Assembly (NCBI GenBank): GCA_963824615.1
Contig: CAWGPU010000004.1
Coordinates: forward strand, 108,852-172,851
Source: an uncultured Haloplasmataceae bacterium
Lineage (GTDB): Bacteria; Bacillota_I; Bacilli_A; Haloplasmatales; Haloplasmataceae
Reading direction: 5' to 3'
DNA length: 64,000 bases
Part shown: in pieces, positions 1 to 10,873 of the stretch
Layout: the number at the start of each line of letters is the position of its first letter
Position numbering within the stretch: position 1 is the stretch's first letter
Made by a program: the position numbers and the translations under genes
The notes under the pieces: generated by a model
Database searches by the model: none
What the model saw: only the letters and a program-made list of their open reading frames with translations
What the model was told of the DNA's origin: nothing

Positions 1-731
1 TAAATGAAGCATTTGCGAGTTCTTTGACGAGTGGCAGCATTATAGCTGTTGTTGGTACTCAAATTGATGTTACTTATAATGGAGAAATCAATACTTTTAC
101 AATTGCAGGTATTTATGAGGATAATACAAATAGTAGTAGTGAGCCAAATGCCTTAATTGATAATAATGATTTACTGACAATCTCATCCTCAACTTATAAC
201 TGTAATGTTTTATATGTTAAATTAGATGATGTTTCTTATATAAATTCCGTATTAGCTGATCTAGGATCTTTAGGATTACATACCTATCAATCCACTAATG
301 CAGCGCAAACTGCCTTGACCTACATTGATTTAGGAACAAAGGTATTAACGGGTGTTAGTGGTATTTCATTAGTGGTCGCTGCCATTATGATATTTGTTGT
401 GCTCTACATAAGTATTATTGAAAGAACAAAAGAAATAGGAATATTGCGTGCTGTTGGAGCACAAAAGACGGATATTAGAAAAATGTTCATTTTTGAAGCT
501 GGAATGCTCGGACTTATGGGGGGAGTGATAGGTTGTACTTTTTCGTTAATAATCTCCATCATGACCAATATCATTACCCATGTCTCCTTACAAAATGCGT
601 TAATCAGTTATCATGTTTTATACTATATATTAGGTTTATTGATTAGTTTATTTGTTAGTATACTAGCAGGTATAGCACCCGCTATGAAAGCCAGTGACTT
701 AGACCCTGTAGAATCTTTACGTTATGAATAG
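1..731 (+). CDS. ABC transporter permease, FtsX-like C-terminal domain (5' end lies outside the window)
   Basis: The reading frame is open from the window edge. The C-terminal translation (IERTKEIGILRAVGAQKTDIRKMFIFEAGMLGLMGGVIG) shows the TM helices typical of FtsX/MacB permeases. Confidence 0.6.
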   Translation, partial: NEAFASSLTSGSIIAVVGTQIDVTYNGEINTFTIAGIYEDNTNSSSEPNALIDNNDLLTISSSTYNCNVLYVKLDDVSYINSVLADLGSLGLHTYQSTNAAQTALTYIDLGTKVLTGVSGISLVVAAIMIFVVLYISIIERTKEIGILRAVGAQKTDIRKMFIFEAGMLGLMGGVIGCTFSLIISIMTNIITHVSLQNALISYHVLYYILGLLISLFVSILAGIAPAMKASDLDPVESLRYE

Positions 732-743
732 GAGGAAAGATTA

Positions 744-1604
744 ATGGCAGGAAAACTTTCGAAAAAACAAAAAAATCTAAAAAAGAATAAACTATTAAAT
801 CAACGAACAAAAAAAAATGAACAACAAGATTCTATTGGCATAAGTCGTAAGAAGTGGAAATATGTGATTGATCCGAAAACATTTTTCACTTTAAAAATAC
901 TGACAATCATCGCTATCCCCATTTCGTACTTTTGTTATTCTCCTTTATTAGTTTTAGTCATGATGTTTTATGTTTGTTTATTCTTTTTCGCTTATGCATG
1001 TGAACATAGTTTAAATAAAAGTGTTATTAAAAGTAATCATATTAAATTACTGAAATTTGACAGCGCAATAGCGTTATTATTAATCATTGTCTCATTTTTC
1101 GGCGCTATATTTGGTGTTTCAAGTGGAAGAATAGGGCGATTCTCTAATACTTTATCGATGAAAATAATGACTAACTTAAAAAATTTTGGTTCATTATTAA
1201 CAGGTCAAAGAACTCTTTGGGGGAGAAGTCATACATTTGGTTTTGGGATAGCAAATCGTCCTGATGGTTTTGTTCCCAATAAAGAAGCTTTTCAAGAAAT
1301 ACTTAAAAATATGCCGAATTATAATGGGCATATGCCACATTTTGGTAGTGGTATGCCTCCATTTAGAATGAATATGAATAATATTCCGGTAGAATTTATG
1401 TTTTCACAACTCTTATCTACAATTAATACCGTTCTAATTTTTACAGTAGCTATTTTAGGTGTATTATCTTTAATTTATACTATACGTAAAATTAATCGAT
1501 TTAATATAGAAACTAATGAGTTCATAGAAGATGGAGACATAACTATTTTATCTGATGATGAAATTAATAAGATATTATCCTATGGCGTTGAAGATAAGGA
1601 CTAA
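744..1604 (+). CDS. hypothetical membrane protein (Lys-rich N-terminus, multiple TM segments)
   Basis: ORF of 286 aa with GGAGG 8 nt upstream of the start. It has hydrophobic segments but no recognisable family. Confidence 0.4.
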   Translation: MAGKLSKKQKNLKKNKLLNQRTKKNEQQDSIGISRKKWKYVIDPKTFFTLKILTIIAIPISYFCYSPLLVLVMMFYVCLFFFAYACEHSLNKSVIKSNHIKLLKFDSAIALLLIIVSFFGAIFGVSSGRIGRFSNTLSMKIMTNLKNFGSLLTGQRTLWGRSHTFGFGIANRPDGFVPNKEAFQEILKNMPNYNGHMPHFGSGMPPFRMNMNNIPVEFMFSQLLSTINTVLIFTVAILGVLSLIYTIRKINRFNIETNEFIEDGDITILSDDEINKILSYGVEDKD

Positions 1605-2217
1605 TCAATATGAATTTATATCAAATAGTAATTAGATCTAAATATTAAATTGTTTTTTAGATAATAAAAAACCTTTGTTTATTAGTTTGAGTTAAACATA
1701 GGTTTTTTAATATTTAGAACTGGTTATAAAAACTGATTTGATACTCATTAACAACTATTTAAGGACTATTACGACATAATTAAAACTGTTGTAAAGAAAT
1801 TACTTAGGAAGAAAATATAGAATTTATCGGGAAAATTAGTGTTTTAAAACCAAATCCAGGTTTAAATAAAAGATATCAACAATAACAGCTGATTTCTCAA
1901 AAGATGGTAATAGTAAAGTTATGATGAAAATGACAATGGATATTCACTATAGAAAAATTAATCTTTTTGAATTAAAATTGAATCCTAACTTCGAGTATTA
2001 CTTTTCTGAAGTTATTTTAAATTCATTAATCGAGTATAATTCAAAATCATAATCATTTCTGTTTATAAGATATATTTGAATCTTCCTGAATAAATTGGAA
2101 TCTAACAATTTTATATTAAGTGAAGTAAAAAATAATTCCATTTGACTTAATATCTGTGATAAAATGAAGTAAGGTATGGATTTAATTGTAAAAAAATAGA
2201 TAATGGAGTTGTTATGA

Positions 2218-3216
2218 ATGTTAATATCAGAAATTAAAGAGTTATTAAAAAAATATCAAGAAGAGGATTTAAAACTAATCATATCAGAAATGTACAGGTC
2301 TATACCCAAAAAAATCCGTGAAGAAAAAAATATTGATGATATGTTAACAGATATTAAAGCTTTCAAAAATATTGGTAAAGTTGAATTACAGAAGACGCCT
2401 ATTCAAATCAGTGAGTTAAAAGAAGAAATTCTTCAATTTCTAGATTATGCATATAAAAGTTATTATTTTGCTCCTAACAATTTTGTTCATAAAAAAGAAA
2501 GACCTAAATGGAGATTTAAAGTAAAAGCTTATATAAAGGATTTACAAGGAATTACAGCTTATGGTGAAGAGGGAAAAACCACTACTGATTTATTAGAAGC
2601 ATTATATAAAATGCTTTGTTATGCCTGTTTCTATTACCTTTTTAGTACAGACGATCCCTTCCGTTCTATTAGTATAGATAAAACAGATTTACTTGAAATA
2701 ATCATAAAAAGAAGATTTGCATATGGAATAAGCAAGGCTTCTCTTAAATCCTGCGTTGAATTAGTTTCGCATACTAATGCAAGTACAATACCTTTAATCA
2801 GTAATTTGAAATCTTCAGATTCAAAATTAATGACGATAGAACTGGCAAAGATTGTAAAAGAAGAACTAGAAAAATCAAGAAGAACATCAAATAAGAATTC
2901 ATCGCTAATCGAAAATTCTGATTATTGGTATCATGAAAAAATTAATCGTCTTGTAGAAATCGTTTTTAGGTTAAATATTTCATTGTGTGAATATGATACC
3001 GCAATTCAATATTTCAATAATAACAATATAGAATCAGATAAGGAAATCACTTTATATGTTTTGCTTCGATTGTTGTATGAATATGATTTAAAAACATATT
3101 GGGTTAATGAATACAATAAATCAATAAACAAGAAAATACATCCAAGACAAGTTCTAGAGAATATATATAATCATATAATGGAAAATGAGAAATTTCCTGA
3201 AAATTTTTATTTATAA
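2218..3216 (+). CDS. hypothetical protein (332 aa, no recognisable domain)
   Basis: Long ORF whose upstream sequence (tggagttgttATG) has a weak SD. Lys/Glu-rich with no conserved motif seen. Confidence 0.35.
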   Translation: MLISEIKELLKKYQEEDLKLIISEMYRSIPKKIREEKNIDDMLTDIKAFKNIGKVELQKTPIQISELKEEILQFLDYAYKSYYFAPNNFVHKKERPKWRFKVKAYIKDLQGITAYGEEGKTTTDLLEALYKMLCYACFYYLFSTDDPFRSISIDKTDLLEIIIKRRFAYGISKASLKSCVELVSHTNASTIPLISNLKSSDSKLMTIELAKIVKEELEKSRRTSNKNSSLIENSDYWYHEKINRLVEIVFRLNISLCEYDTAIQYFNNNNIESDKEITLYVLLRLLYEYDLKTYWVNEYNKSINKKIHPRQVLENIYNHIMENEKFPENFYL

Positions 3217-3375
3217 AAGAAATTCGTACTAGAATATAACAAAAAAACTGTAAAAATAGATTCACAATGAATTAATATACTTGTGAAGTAGTGTATAAGA
3301 GATTATTTATAAACAAATGATGAAAAACTGGTGAGGATATTCATTATCCTTACCAGTTTTGGTATTTTATTATAA

Positions 3376-3498
3376 TTATTTTTTATTAGTTGTTTTTGCT
3401 TGAGGATTAGCTGGTTTGGTATTTTGGTAAAATTTGTCGTCTTTTACTGGTTGAGAAACTTTCTTTTCAATTGGTTTTTTCATATTTTTATCACCCAT
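3376..3498 (-). CDS. small basic protein (40 aa, MGDKNMKKPIEKKVSQPVKDDKFYQNTKPANPQAKTTNKK)
   Basis: Strong RBS GGAAGGAGTGA 5 nt upstream of the ATG on the minus strand. A bidirectional hairpin terminator (3333-3362) lies immediately downstream. The ORF is below the 60-aa track cutoff. Confidence 0.3.
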   Translation of the reverse strand: MGDKNMKKPIEKKVSQPVKDDKFYQNTKPANPQAKTTNKK

Positions 3499-3599
3499 TA
3501 ATAATCACTCCTTCCATTACAATATCATTATACAGTAATAAATATTAAAGATAAGTTATATCTTAGATTAACGGTAAATTATACCTAGGATATTTTATA

Positions 3600-5400
3600 T
3601 AATATATTATAGTTGAAAATATATTGACAAATGTTTTGAATAGGTATAAAACAAATCTAGAGGTGATGAAAATGCCGCGAGGAACACAAATCATTAATGG
3701 AACTGAATATGTATATGAATATGATTCTAAATGGGATTCTAAAAAACAATATGGGACTCACAGAAGAAATTACATCGGTAAAATGGTAGATGGGATTTTT
3801 GTACCTAATAAAAATTATAAACTTAAATTCGAATTTGAGAATACAAAAAAAGCTATTGTATCGAATTTTGATGCCGATATAAAATATAAACATCGTTTCT
3901 ATGGTGCAACTTATCTATTGGATATGATTGGACAGAAACTAGGGATTATTGATGATCTTAAAAAATGTTTTCCTGATTCATACGAACAAATGCTTTCAAT
4001 TGTTTATTATCTTATAATGGAAGATTACAACTCGTTAAATCGTTTTCCTAAATGGGCATTAACACATGTTCATCCTTTTGAAAAAAACATCAACTCTATA
4101 CTATATAATGAATTACTTGGTTCAATTAATGATAAAGCAAGGTATAAATTTTTTTTACTACAAGATAAGCGGAGATTTGAAAAGGAGTATCTTGCATACG
4201 ACATTAACGCAATATCAACATTTTCAAATTCATCTAAGCAAATAAAAATTGGTTTTAATAAGGAATCGGAGTCCCTACAATACAATAATCTGATACTTCT
4301 TTTGGGAGAGGAGTCTAGGCTACCTATATATTATAATAGACTAGCGGGAAATATATCTCATGTGAAAATGATACAAAATATAATGACGGATATTGAATTC
4401 TTAAAAAAAGATAGAATTAAACTAATCATGGACCGGGGATTCTACAGTGAAGATAATATTGATGCTATCTATCAAAAACATTATAAATTTATTCTAAACG
4501 CCAAAATATCATTAAAATATATTCAGAAGAAACTCAATGAAGTGCGGAAAATTATCCTTTCTAAGACGCATTATAGTTCTAAATTTGAACTCAATTATTA
4601 TTCTTCACTGCTAGATTATAATAATATTGATATCAAGCAACATTCTGAATTTGATGAGAATAATGTTAGGAGAATGTATCTTCATATTTACTATAGCGTA
4701 GACAAAGCAGCAGAAGACAAAGCAAAGTTAAATAGCTTAATAGAAAAATTACGACAAGAATTAGTGTCAGGATATCATAAACCAGAGCACGAGAAACTAT
4801 ATGAAAAATATTTTGAAATGAATGAAAACTTAGTAAAAGGAACAATGATATCATCAAAACAGGAAGCAATTAAAACTACTGAAAAAAACTTTGGATACTT
4901 TGCTTTGATTACGAATTGTTTTAAGGAACCTTTAGAAGCGTTAGAAATATATTGGCTGAAGGATGATATTGAACACACATTTGGAAACTTTAAAGAAAGG
5001 TTAAGTATGAAAAGAAAATCTGTCTCATCCGATGAAAATTTTGATGGAAAGTTTTTTATTCAATTTATTTCGTTGATTTATCTTTCATATATCAAAAATA
5101 ACATGAATAATCATCTATTATATAAGAATTACAGCCCACAAGAAATTATAGATGAATTAGATATGATAGAGCGTTTTGAACAACCTGGAAGAAAATATCA
5201 TGTTGGAGAATTAACTAAGAAGCAAAATGACTTATATGCGATGTTTGGAGTAGAGGCTCCGAGAGAGATGAATATACAGTAAAACAAATAATAAGAATTC
5301 TAAAATGATAAGTTTAGAGAAAAATATTAAAATACTTTTTTTCTTTATAATACGTTTAAAAAAGAGTTATCTCATGTTGTAAGATAACTCTTTTTCTGGT
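3600..5400 (+). mobile_element. IS1634-family insertion sequence (boundaries approximate)
   Basis: Single transposase ORF flanked by AT-rich DNA. The terminal inverted repeats could not be defined by eye. A perfect 14-bp-stem hairpin at 5358-5395 lies near the right side. Confidence 0.45.
3666..5282 (+). CDS. IS1634-family (IS4 superfamily) DDE transposase
   Basis: ORF of ~540 aa whose N-terminus (MPRGTQIINGTEYVYEYDSKWDSKKQYGTHRRNYIGK) matches the characteristic IS1634-type transposase N-terminus, with a DDE-type C-terminus. TTGACA at 3624 lies upstream. The exact start could be 3624, 3666 or 3672. Confidence 0.7.
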   Translation: MKMPRGTQIINGTEYVYEYDSKWDSKKQYGTHRRNYIGKMVDGIFVPNKNYKLKFEFENTKKAIVSNFDADIKYKHRFYGATYLLDMIGQKLGIIDDLKKCFPDSYEQMLSIVYYLIMEDYNSLNRFPKWALTHVHPFEKNINSILYNELLGSINDKARYKFFLLQDKRRFEKEYLAYDINAISTFSNSSKQIKIGFNKESESLQYNNLILLLGEESRLPIYYNRLAGNISHVKMIQNIMTDIEFLKKDRIKLIMDRGFYSEDNIDAIYQKHYKFILNAKISLKYIQKKLNEVRKIILSKTHYSSKFELNYYSSLLDYNNIDIKQHSEFDENNVRRMYLHIYYSVDKAAEDKAKLNSLIEKLRQELVSGYHKPEHEKLYEKYFEMNENLVKGTMISSKQEAIKTTEKNFGYFALITNCFKEPLEALEIYWLKDDIEHTFGNFKERLSMKRKSVSSDENFDGKFFIQFISLIYLSYIKNNMNNHLLYKNYSPQEIIDELDMIERFEQPGRKYHVGELTKKQNDLYAMFGVEAPREMNIQ

Positions 5401-5487
5401 AATGTCATTATATAATTTCAATTTTTTTGCTATTTTTTGTGTTTCAAGTCCAAATGTTGTTGTCGCAATTAACACTATTTTTTCCAT
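5356..5487 (-). pseudogene. possible N-terminal remnant of a flavodoxin-like gene (MEKIVLIATTTFGLETQKIAKKLKLY...) truncated next to the IS
   Basis: An AAGGAG RBS lies 7 nt before the ATG at 5487 (minus strand). The 43-aa ORF runs into a perfect hairpin (5358-5395) and stops. It resembles the MKIVIVYgSTTGNTE start of flavodoxin. Confidence 0.2.
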
Positions 5488-5656
5488 CTTTATGAACTCC
5501 TTGCTACTTTTATTACTATGTTTACAATCAATAACTAAATTAATGGATAGTTTATTTAAATTATAGGGTTTCTGGCATAAGAAATCTATTTGGTATGGGA
5601 GTAAAAAAGTATAGCTAAAATAATTAAAAATAAAGGAAGCTTGAAAGAGGAGAAAG

Positions 5657-5998
5657 ATGATTAAAAATAATTTTACAGGGGAAAGGTATGCGACAAGAGG
5701 AATCTTATCTTGTTTAGATTTTGAAGTGATCAATTATATCTGGAAAGCACTAGATGACTTTATAAAATTAAAAGAAGTTGAACCCGACTATTTACAAATC
5801 TTTAATCTTAAAACAAAGAAAATAGATGAAAAGTATCATTTAGTCGCTGAACATATACAAGAAGTTCCCGAATATTGTAATATGAAAGCATTCGAAGTAA
5901 CGGTTAATCGTCCGATAAATGAGAAAATATTTGTGATAAGTGATTATGATGAAGATAAGAATGAATATTTAACGATGTTACTAGGATCAGAATACTAA
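5657..5998 (+). CDS. hypothetical protein (113 aa)
   Basis: Good RBS (AGAGGAGAAAG) before the ATG. No recognised domain. Confidence 0.4.
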   Translation: MIKNNFTGERYATRGILSCLDFEVINYIWKALDDFIKLKEVEPDYLQIFNLKTKKIDEKYHLVAEHIQEVPEYCNMKAFEVTVNRPINEKIFVISDYDEDKNEYLTMLLGSEY

Positions 5999-6416
5999 TT
6001 TTTCATATTATCTTTAATGTGTTTTTTAGGAGAAAATAGAATCCAAAAGTAAAAAATGAATAGGTGTAAACATCTATTCATTTTGTTATGTTGAGTTCTT
6101 TTACTAAATTATTAAGGTAATAATTTAATGTTTCTTCTATTAAGTCATTTTCATGAATTTGATGATATTTCACTAAATAATTTTTTTTCTTTTTTAGTAT
6201 ATTCAAAATACCGGTAAATCCACCCCAAATAATGACAGTCATCATTTTTGGATTGATATCCTCTTTTATGCTTCCATCCTTATTAGATTTTATTGCTTTC
6301 TGGTTAGATGTAAGAAATTAAAAAAACCCTCAAACATTTATCTGAGGGTTCATAACACAATATTAAATTCAATTAATTTTTTTTACACTAAGTTATTTAT
6401 GCGACATAGATGGCTT

Positions 6417-6608
6417 TTAAACTTCATAATTTGTAGGCATGATGACTGCGAAAATTAAGTATGCCAATAATCCAGTAAAAGCTAGCAAAATAAAAAGGAC
6501 AAATATTAGACGTATAATAGTAGAATCAATATCAAAATATTCAGCTAGTCCACCACATACTCCTGCAATTTTTTTATCAGTGCTTGATTTATATAATTTC
6601 TTATTCAT
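6417..6608 (-). CDS. PspC-domain small membrane protein
   Basis: The motif [27 protein letters not shown] followed by a TM helix is the canonical PspC (phage-shock protein C) N-terminal domain. A hairpin plus T-run lies downstream at 6325-6350. Confidence 0.6.
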   Translation of the reverse strand: MNKKLYKSSTDKKIAGVCGGLAEYFDIDSTIIRLIFVLFILLAFTGLLAYLIFAVIMPTNYEV

Positions 6609-6897
6609 ATATGACTCCTCATCTATTTAAATATTTTTTTATTTACAACGGGTTAAATACGAATGGGTTTCTTACTATTCATATAAAGAATAACATATTT
6701 ATTTAGAAATTGGTAGAAAAATAAGATGAATAAATTATGGAATTTGTTTGTTTGAAGAACTTAACGGTCTTTTTCATTTTTTATAATAAAATATGATTAA
6801 ATTAGTTATATTTAATTTTATCAATCTATACAAAGATATTGACATTTATTGGAATTTCAGTTTTAATAATAGTAATTAGATTATTGGAGGAATTTAT

Positions 6898-7671
6898 ATG
6901 AAAAAGGCATATTTTGTTTCACAAATTTTGACATTTGCGTTTATGGGGATTTTCTTATTAACTATCGTAATATTTTTACTGACGTTATTCCCGATTCATT
7001 TTAGTAAATCAATTCTTTTTATTAATCTTTTTATATTAATTGGATCGATTATATTTATGATATTTACCTATATACTCTATAGTATTAAATATGATGAACA
7101 AATTAAAGAGGATTTGGCGCAAGTTCATCATAATTTAAGCGATACTTCCCAAGATTCTAATATTAGTAAATTAATGTTATTTAAAGAAAAACATGTTTCT
7201 TCATACTCAAATAAAATTATTTATGGAAATGAATACAAATACTTATATTGTACAGTGAGAAAATCAAATGTATTATTTGATTTCATTTCGAAGATATTCA
7301 CTATATTATTAGGAGAAGGAGGTTTTTTAAAATCCATTACTCTTTTCTCTTATTTTAAAGGAGATTATTATATTTTTGATCAAACCATCGATTCGGATAG
7401 GTATTATACAAATCATAAAAATATCAATATTCCCATAGAAAAAGAAATTCAAAGGGATTTACTTTGCCAAGAAATGATTGATGAATTAAAGAATAAAAAA
7501 ATATATATTGGTGTGTATAAAAATAAACTTCACATAGCAGTTCAAAATAAAGTAAGTCTTTTAAAAAAACAATTATTCAAAAAATATCAACCTAAGTGGG
7601 AAATCAATCAACAATTGCGAAAATTAATATTTAAATTAACTTTTGATTTAATGGAAAAACGGGATGGGTAA
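6898..7671 (+). CDS. hypothetical membrane protein (two N-terminal TM helices and a soluble C-terminal domain)
   Basis: GGAGGAATTTATATG RBS and start. The N-terminus is hydrophobic and no family was recognised. Confidence 0.4.
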   Translation: MKKAYFVSQILTFAFMGIFLLTIVIFLLTLFPIHFSKSILFINLFILIGSIIFMIFTYILYSIKYDEQIKEDLAQVHHNLSDTSQDSNISKLMLFKEKHVSSYSNKIIYGNEYKYLYCTVRKSNVLFDFISKIFTILLGEGGFLKSITLFSYFKGDYYIFDQTIDSDRYYTNHKNINIPIEKEIQRDLLCQEMIDELKNKKIYIGVYKNKLHIAVQNKVSLLKKQLFKKYQPKWEINQQLRKLIFKLTFDLMEKRDG

Positions 7672-7953
7672 TTTTTGATTTTAGTGCTGAAATCTTTTTT
7701 CAACACTTATCTTGAGAATATCTTTTAATGATAGGGAATTAGTGGGGAAAAAGTTTTATAGCTTGTTTTTTTAACTAATACAGTAATCATATTTATTTTG
7801 TTAATTCTATATTTCAGTCCTAATTTAATCAACTTACACCTAACTATTTGGCTCATGGTACTAAGGAAAAATAAGATAAAATTACCTGGAGTGTATAATA
7901 GAAACGCCTGTTTCTAACGTATATATTAGTAAATATATAATTTAGGAGTATTT

Positions 7954-8865
7954 ATGGCTGATTTATTATTGATACCGAAAATGGACATCATTTTTAAAAG
8001 AATTTTTGGTGATGAAAGAAACAAAAAAATATTAATTTCACTATTAAATGCAGTGTTAGGAATAAAAAAATCCGAATTATTAGATTTAACTATTTTAAAT
8101 AATGAATTATTACCAGAATTTCAAAATGAAAAACAAGGTATTCTAGATATGAGAATAAGATTAACAAATGGGGAATTAATCAATGTAGAAATACAAATCT
8201 TTCCATACGAAAGTATGCGAGAAAGAATTATCTATTATTTATCTAGAATGTTTGTTAGTCAGATTGAAAAAGGTATAAACTATAGAGCGCTAAAAAAATG
8301 TATAAATATAACGATACTTGATTATAATTTAACAAAAGGAAATCACGTTCATAGTATTTACCACTTAAATGAGGATGAAAATGATGAAACGCTCACCGAT
8401 ATTTTAGAAATACATTTACTAGAGCTACGTAAATTCAAAAATACAAATGATGATATATTAAGTTTATGGCTACAATTTATTAAATCAACAAAAAGGGAGG
8501 AATTTGAAATGGTTAGTTTAAAAGATGAAGATATTCAAAAGGCATATGAGGTTTTAGAAGAATTAAATAGGGATCCTAAATTAAAAGAATATTATGAAAT
8601 GTTGAATAAATGGGATCATGATAGAGATTCAATGATATATGATGCTAAAACGTTAGGTTATAAAGAAGGAATAGAAAAAGGGCTTGAAACAGGAAAAGAA
8701 GAGGGTAGAGAAGAAGGGAGGAAAGAAGGAAGAGAGGAAGGAAAAAAGAAAGTGACTGAAGCCCACGCTATAAAAATGTTAAAAGCCAACATCGATTTGG
8801 AGGTTATAAGTGAAGTGACAGGCTTAAGTGTTACTGAGTTAACTTTCATAAAGGATAATACGTAA
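7954..8865 (+). CDS. Rpn-family recombination-promoting nuclease / putative transposase (PD-(D/E)XK, YhgA-like)
   Basis: The N-terminus (MADLLLIPKMDIIFKRIFGDERNKKILISLLNAVLG) is typical of the Rpn/transposase_31 family. The C-terminal KEGxE(K/E)G repeats (KEGIEKGLETGKEEGREEGRKEGREEG) are characteristic of this family. Confidence 0.65.
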   Translation: MADLLLIPKMDIIFKRIFGDERNKKILISLLNAVLGIKKSELLDLTILNNELLPEFQNEKQGILDMRIRLTNGELINVEIQIFPYESMRERIIYYLSRMFVSQIEKGINYRALKKCINITILDYNLTKGNHVHSIYHLNEDENDETLTDILEIHLLELRKFKNTNDDILSLWLQFIKSTKREEFEMVSLKDEDIQKAYEVLEELNRDPKLKEYYEMLNKWDHDRDSMIYDAKTLGYKEGIEKGLETGKEEGREEGRKEGREEGKKKVTEAHAIKMLKANIDLEVISEVTGLSVTELTFIKDNT

Positions 8866-9422
8866 TTTCTAATTATAAGCATGTTAAGGTATATTGTTGT
8901 TTTGAAACCGCAGTTAATTATTTCAAAGTATAATATATAAATTTGTCTAATATAGGTGGATTTATAAAATAGCTACTGATTTGCTTTTGGCTTAATAAGT
9001 ATAAAAAAATTTACATCCCAATAAAAATGTAAATGAGTCCAGTTTAATATAATGATGAAAAGTAATATGTGACAGAAAAACATATAATCATGAAATAAAT
9101 CATTTTACTACTTTATATCCTCACTTTTATCACTCTAACACAAAGGTATATCTTTCAAAATTCGATTATTATATTTGTTTAATCAATAGTTACAGTAGAC
9201 TTAAGGACTCCGCTTAAGACAAATAAAAATAGATTTTATTTAGAATTTTCTAATTTAGACCATTTGATAGTGCAATAAACAGAGCAGTATGAAACTAACC
9301 TATTTCATACTGCTTTCCAAATATTAAGTTGATAATGATTCTTATCAATAGGAAATCTTTTAATAAAGCTTCACTTGCTAAATTAATGGATTATTAAGAA
9401 GTAGAATTCCTCGGAAAAATTT

Positions 9423-10370
9423 TTAGTACCAAATCAACTCGGAATCAATATTAAGTATATCAGAAGATCCGGTCAAATTCATAATTCGTTGTAATTCTTT
9501 ACTTGTACCAACGATAATTTTTTTCACTCCTTCTGCTCCTTCGGATGCTAGACCAGCCATTACCGTGCTCCCTATCAAAACTCCATTTGCTCCTAGTGCC
9601 AAAGCTTTAAAAACATCTGTTCCTCTTACTATTCCACCATCAACAAATATAGGGATTTTTCCTCCAATGACTTTTGCAATACGCGGTAATATTTTTACCG
9701 GAGGTACCGCATAATCTAGAACTGAACCTCCGTGATGGGAGATTACAATAGCTTTGGCTCCGGCTTCTAAAGCCTTTTGCGCATCACGTTCACTTAGAAT
9801 TCCTTTTAAAATAAATGGAAGTTTGGTTGCCTGTACAAAACTTTTAATTTCAGATAGTGTTTTTGGCCCCATCAGATCTGGTCGAACCAAACTATCTCCT
9901 ATTTTTCCACCAAAAGAAAATATAATATCCATACCAACAGCAAACGCCCCAAGTTTTTCAGCTTGGGCAATCTTCTCAAATATAAGGTCTTTGTTTTTGT
10001 AGGGCTTAATTATTTTTACTGTTTTTGCACCAGTTTCAATAATTTCCTTAAGCTCTAGCTCATCTCCTATTCCTACCCACATAACTGCTTCCGCTGCTTT
10101 TGCCCCTTTTGCTACTTCTACCATAGCATTCGGATATATTCCTCCCATTCCCGACAAAGCCGCAACCATCACAGGAGTGCCAAAGGTTTCTCCAAAAAGG
10201 CTCATTTCTGTAGTAGCCTCAACTGAATCTATTACCCGAGTTTCAATCATCAGTGAGTCCATATAATTACGAGTAATTCTGAGAACACTGCCAGTTTCTG
10301 CACCCTTACGCTCACTTATGCCTTTTTCTTTTAATTTGTTTTTTCCATCTACCAATAATTTTCCAATCAT
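9423..10370 (-). CDS. FMN-dependent alpha-hydroxy-acid dehydrogenase/oxidase family protein (TIM barrel)
   Basis: ISHHGGSVLDYAVPP resembles the SNHGGRQLD active-site motif, followed by a Gly-rich FMN-phosphate-binding tail (VDGGIVRGTDVFKALALGANGV). GGAGG lies 8 nt before the ATG at 10370, which supports this start over 10385. Confidence 0.5.
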   Translation of the reverse strand: MIGKLLVDGKNKLKEKGISERKGAETGSVLRITRNYMDSLMIETRVIDSVEATTEMSLFGETFGTPVMVAALSGMGGIYPNAMVEVAKGAKAAEAVMWVGIGDELELKEIIETGAKTVKIIKPYKNKDLIFEKIAQAEKLGAFAVGMDIIFSFGGKIGDSLVRPDLMGPKTLSEIKSFVQATKLPFILKGILSERDAQKALEAGAKAIVISHHGGSVLDYAVPPVKILPRIAKVIGGKIPIFVDGGIVRGTDVFKALALGANGVLIGSTVMAGLASEGAEGVKKIIVGTSKELQRIMNLTGSSDILNIDSELIWY

Positions 10371-10873
10371 GAAAAATACCTCCATTATTATATAGTATTA
10401 TTAAGCTTTTTAAATATCATTAATTGATACTTGATAAATTAAATTTTGAACTAATTATTCATATTACCAAGCTTTTCTTCCTCATGTTGATTTTAATAAC
10501 AATTAGCATACTGCCTTTAATTGCATTCATATATTAGTATTGGCTAGATATCGAATTTCTATTTTTACAAGATACTTTTGTTTGACATAAACTTCCTGTC
10601 AATTTCTGTAATAGGAATAAAGCTTTCAAATCATACATGATGCGGTTTTTATTCCAATAACTTAAGGAAATAAGGGCAGAAGCACGAGTTGCTTTCATGG
10701 GTATTTCTACATTTTGTTTCCTATAACCAGGATTAAAGTAGCAGTGATTAAATTTTTCTCCACTTAGTTATTTCGAAACCATTTAAGATATGAACATATA
10801 TTGCCATAAATGAATAATATATTATATCAATAGATAAAATAGCCTAGTTATTTTATAATTTGGAGGTGTTTTT

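Noticed and set aside
3657-4978. Four short minus-strand ORFs inside the IS1634 transposase gene
   Set aside because: They are fully antisense to a well-supported transposase CDS, AT-rich, low-complexity and lack RBS.
5356-5733. 125-aa minus-strand ORF from the track
   Set aside because: The upstream 80 codons are low-complexity and overlap the well-supported plus-strand gene 5657-5998. Only the last 43 codons (from the ATG at 5487, with RBS) look gene-like, and these are reported separately as a possible remnant.
6080-6320. Minus-strand frame encoding ...MMTVIIWGGFTGILNILKKKKNYLVKYHQIHENDLIEETLNYYLNNLVKELNITK, possibly a C-terminal fragment of a regulator
   Set aside because: There is no upstream start or RBS, it is short, and I cannot assign a family confidently. 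It may be a gene remnant, but the evidence is too weak to call.
8658-8882. 74-aa minus-strand ORF (SSLPS repeats)
   Set aside because: It is antisense to the KEG-repeat region of the Rpn gene and is a repeat-driven frame artefact.
9754-10002. 82-aa plus-strand ORF
   Set aside because: It lies inside, and antisense to, the FMN-dependent dehydrogenase gene.
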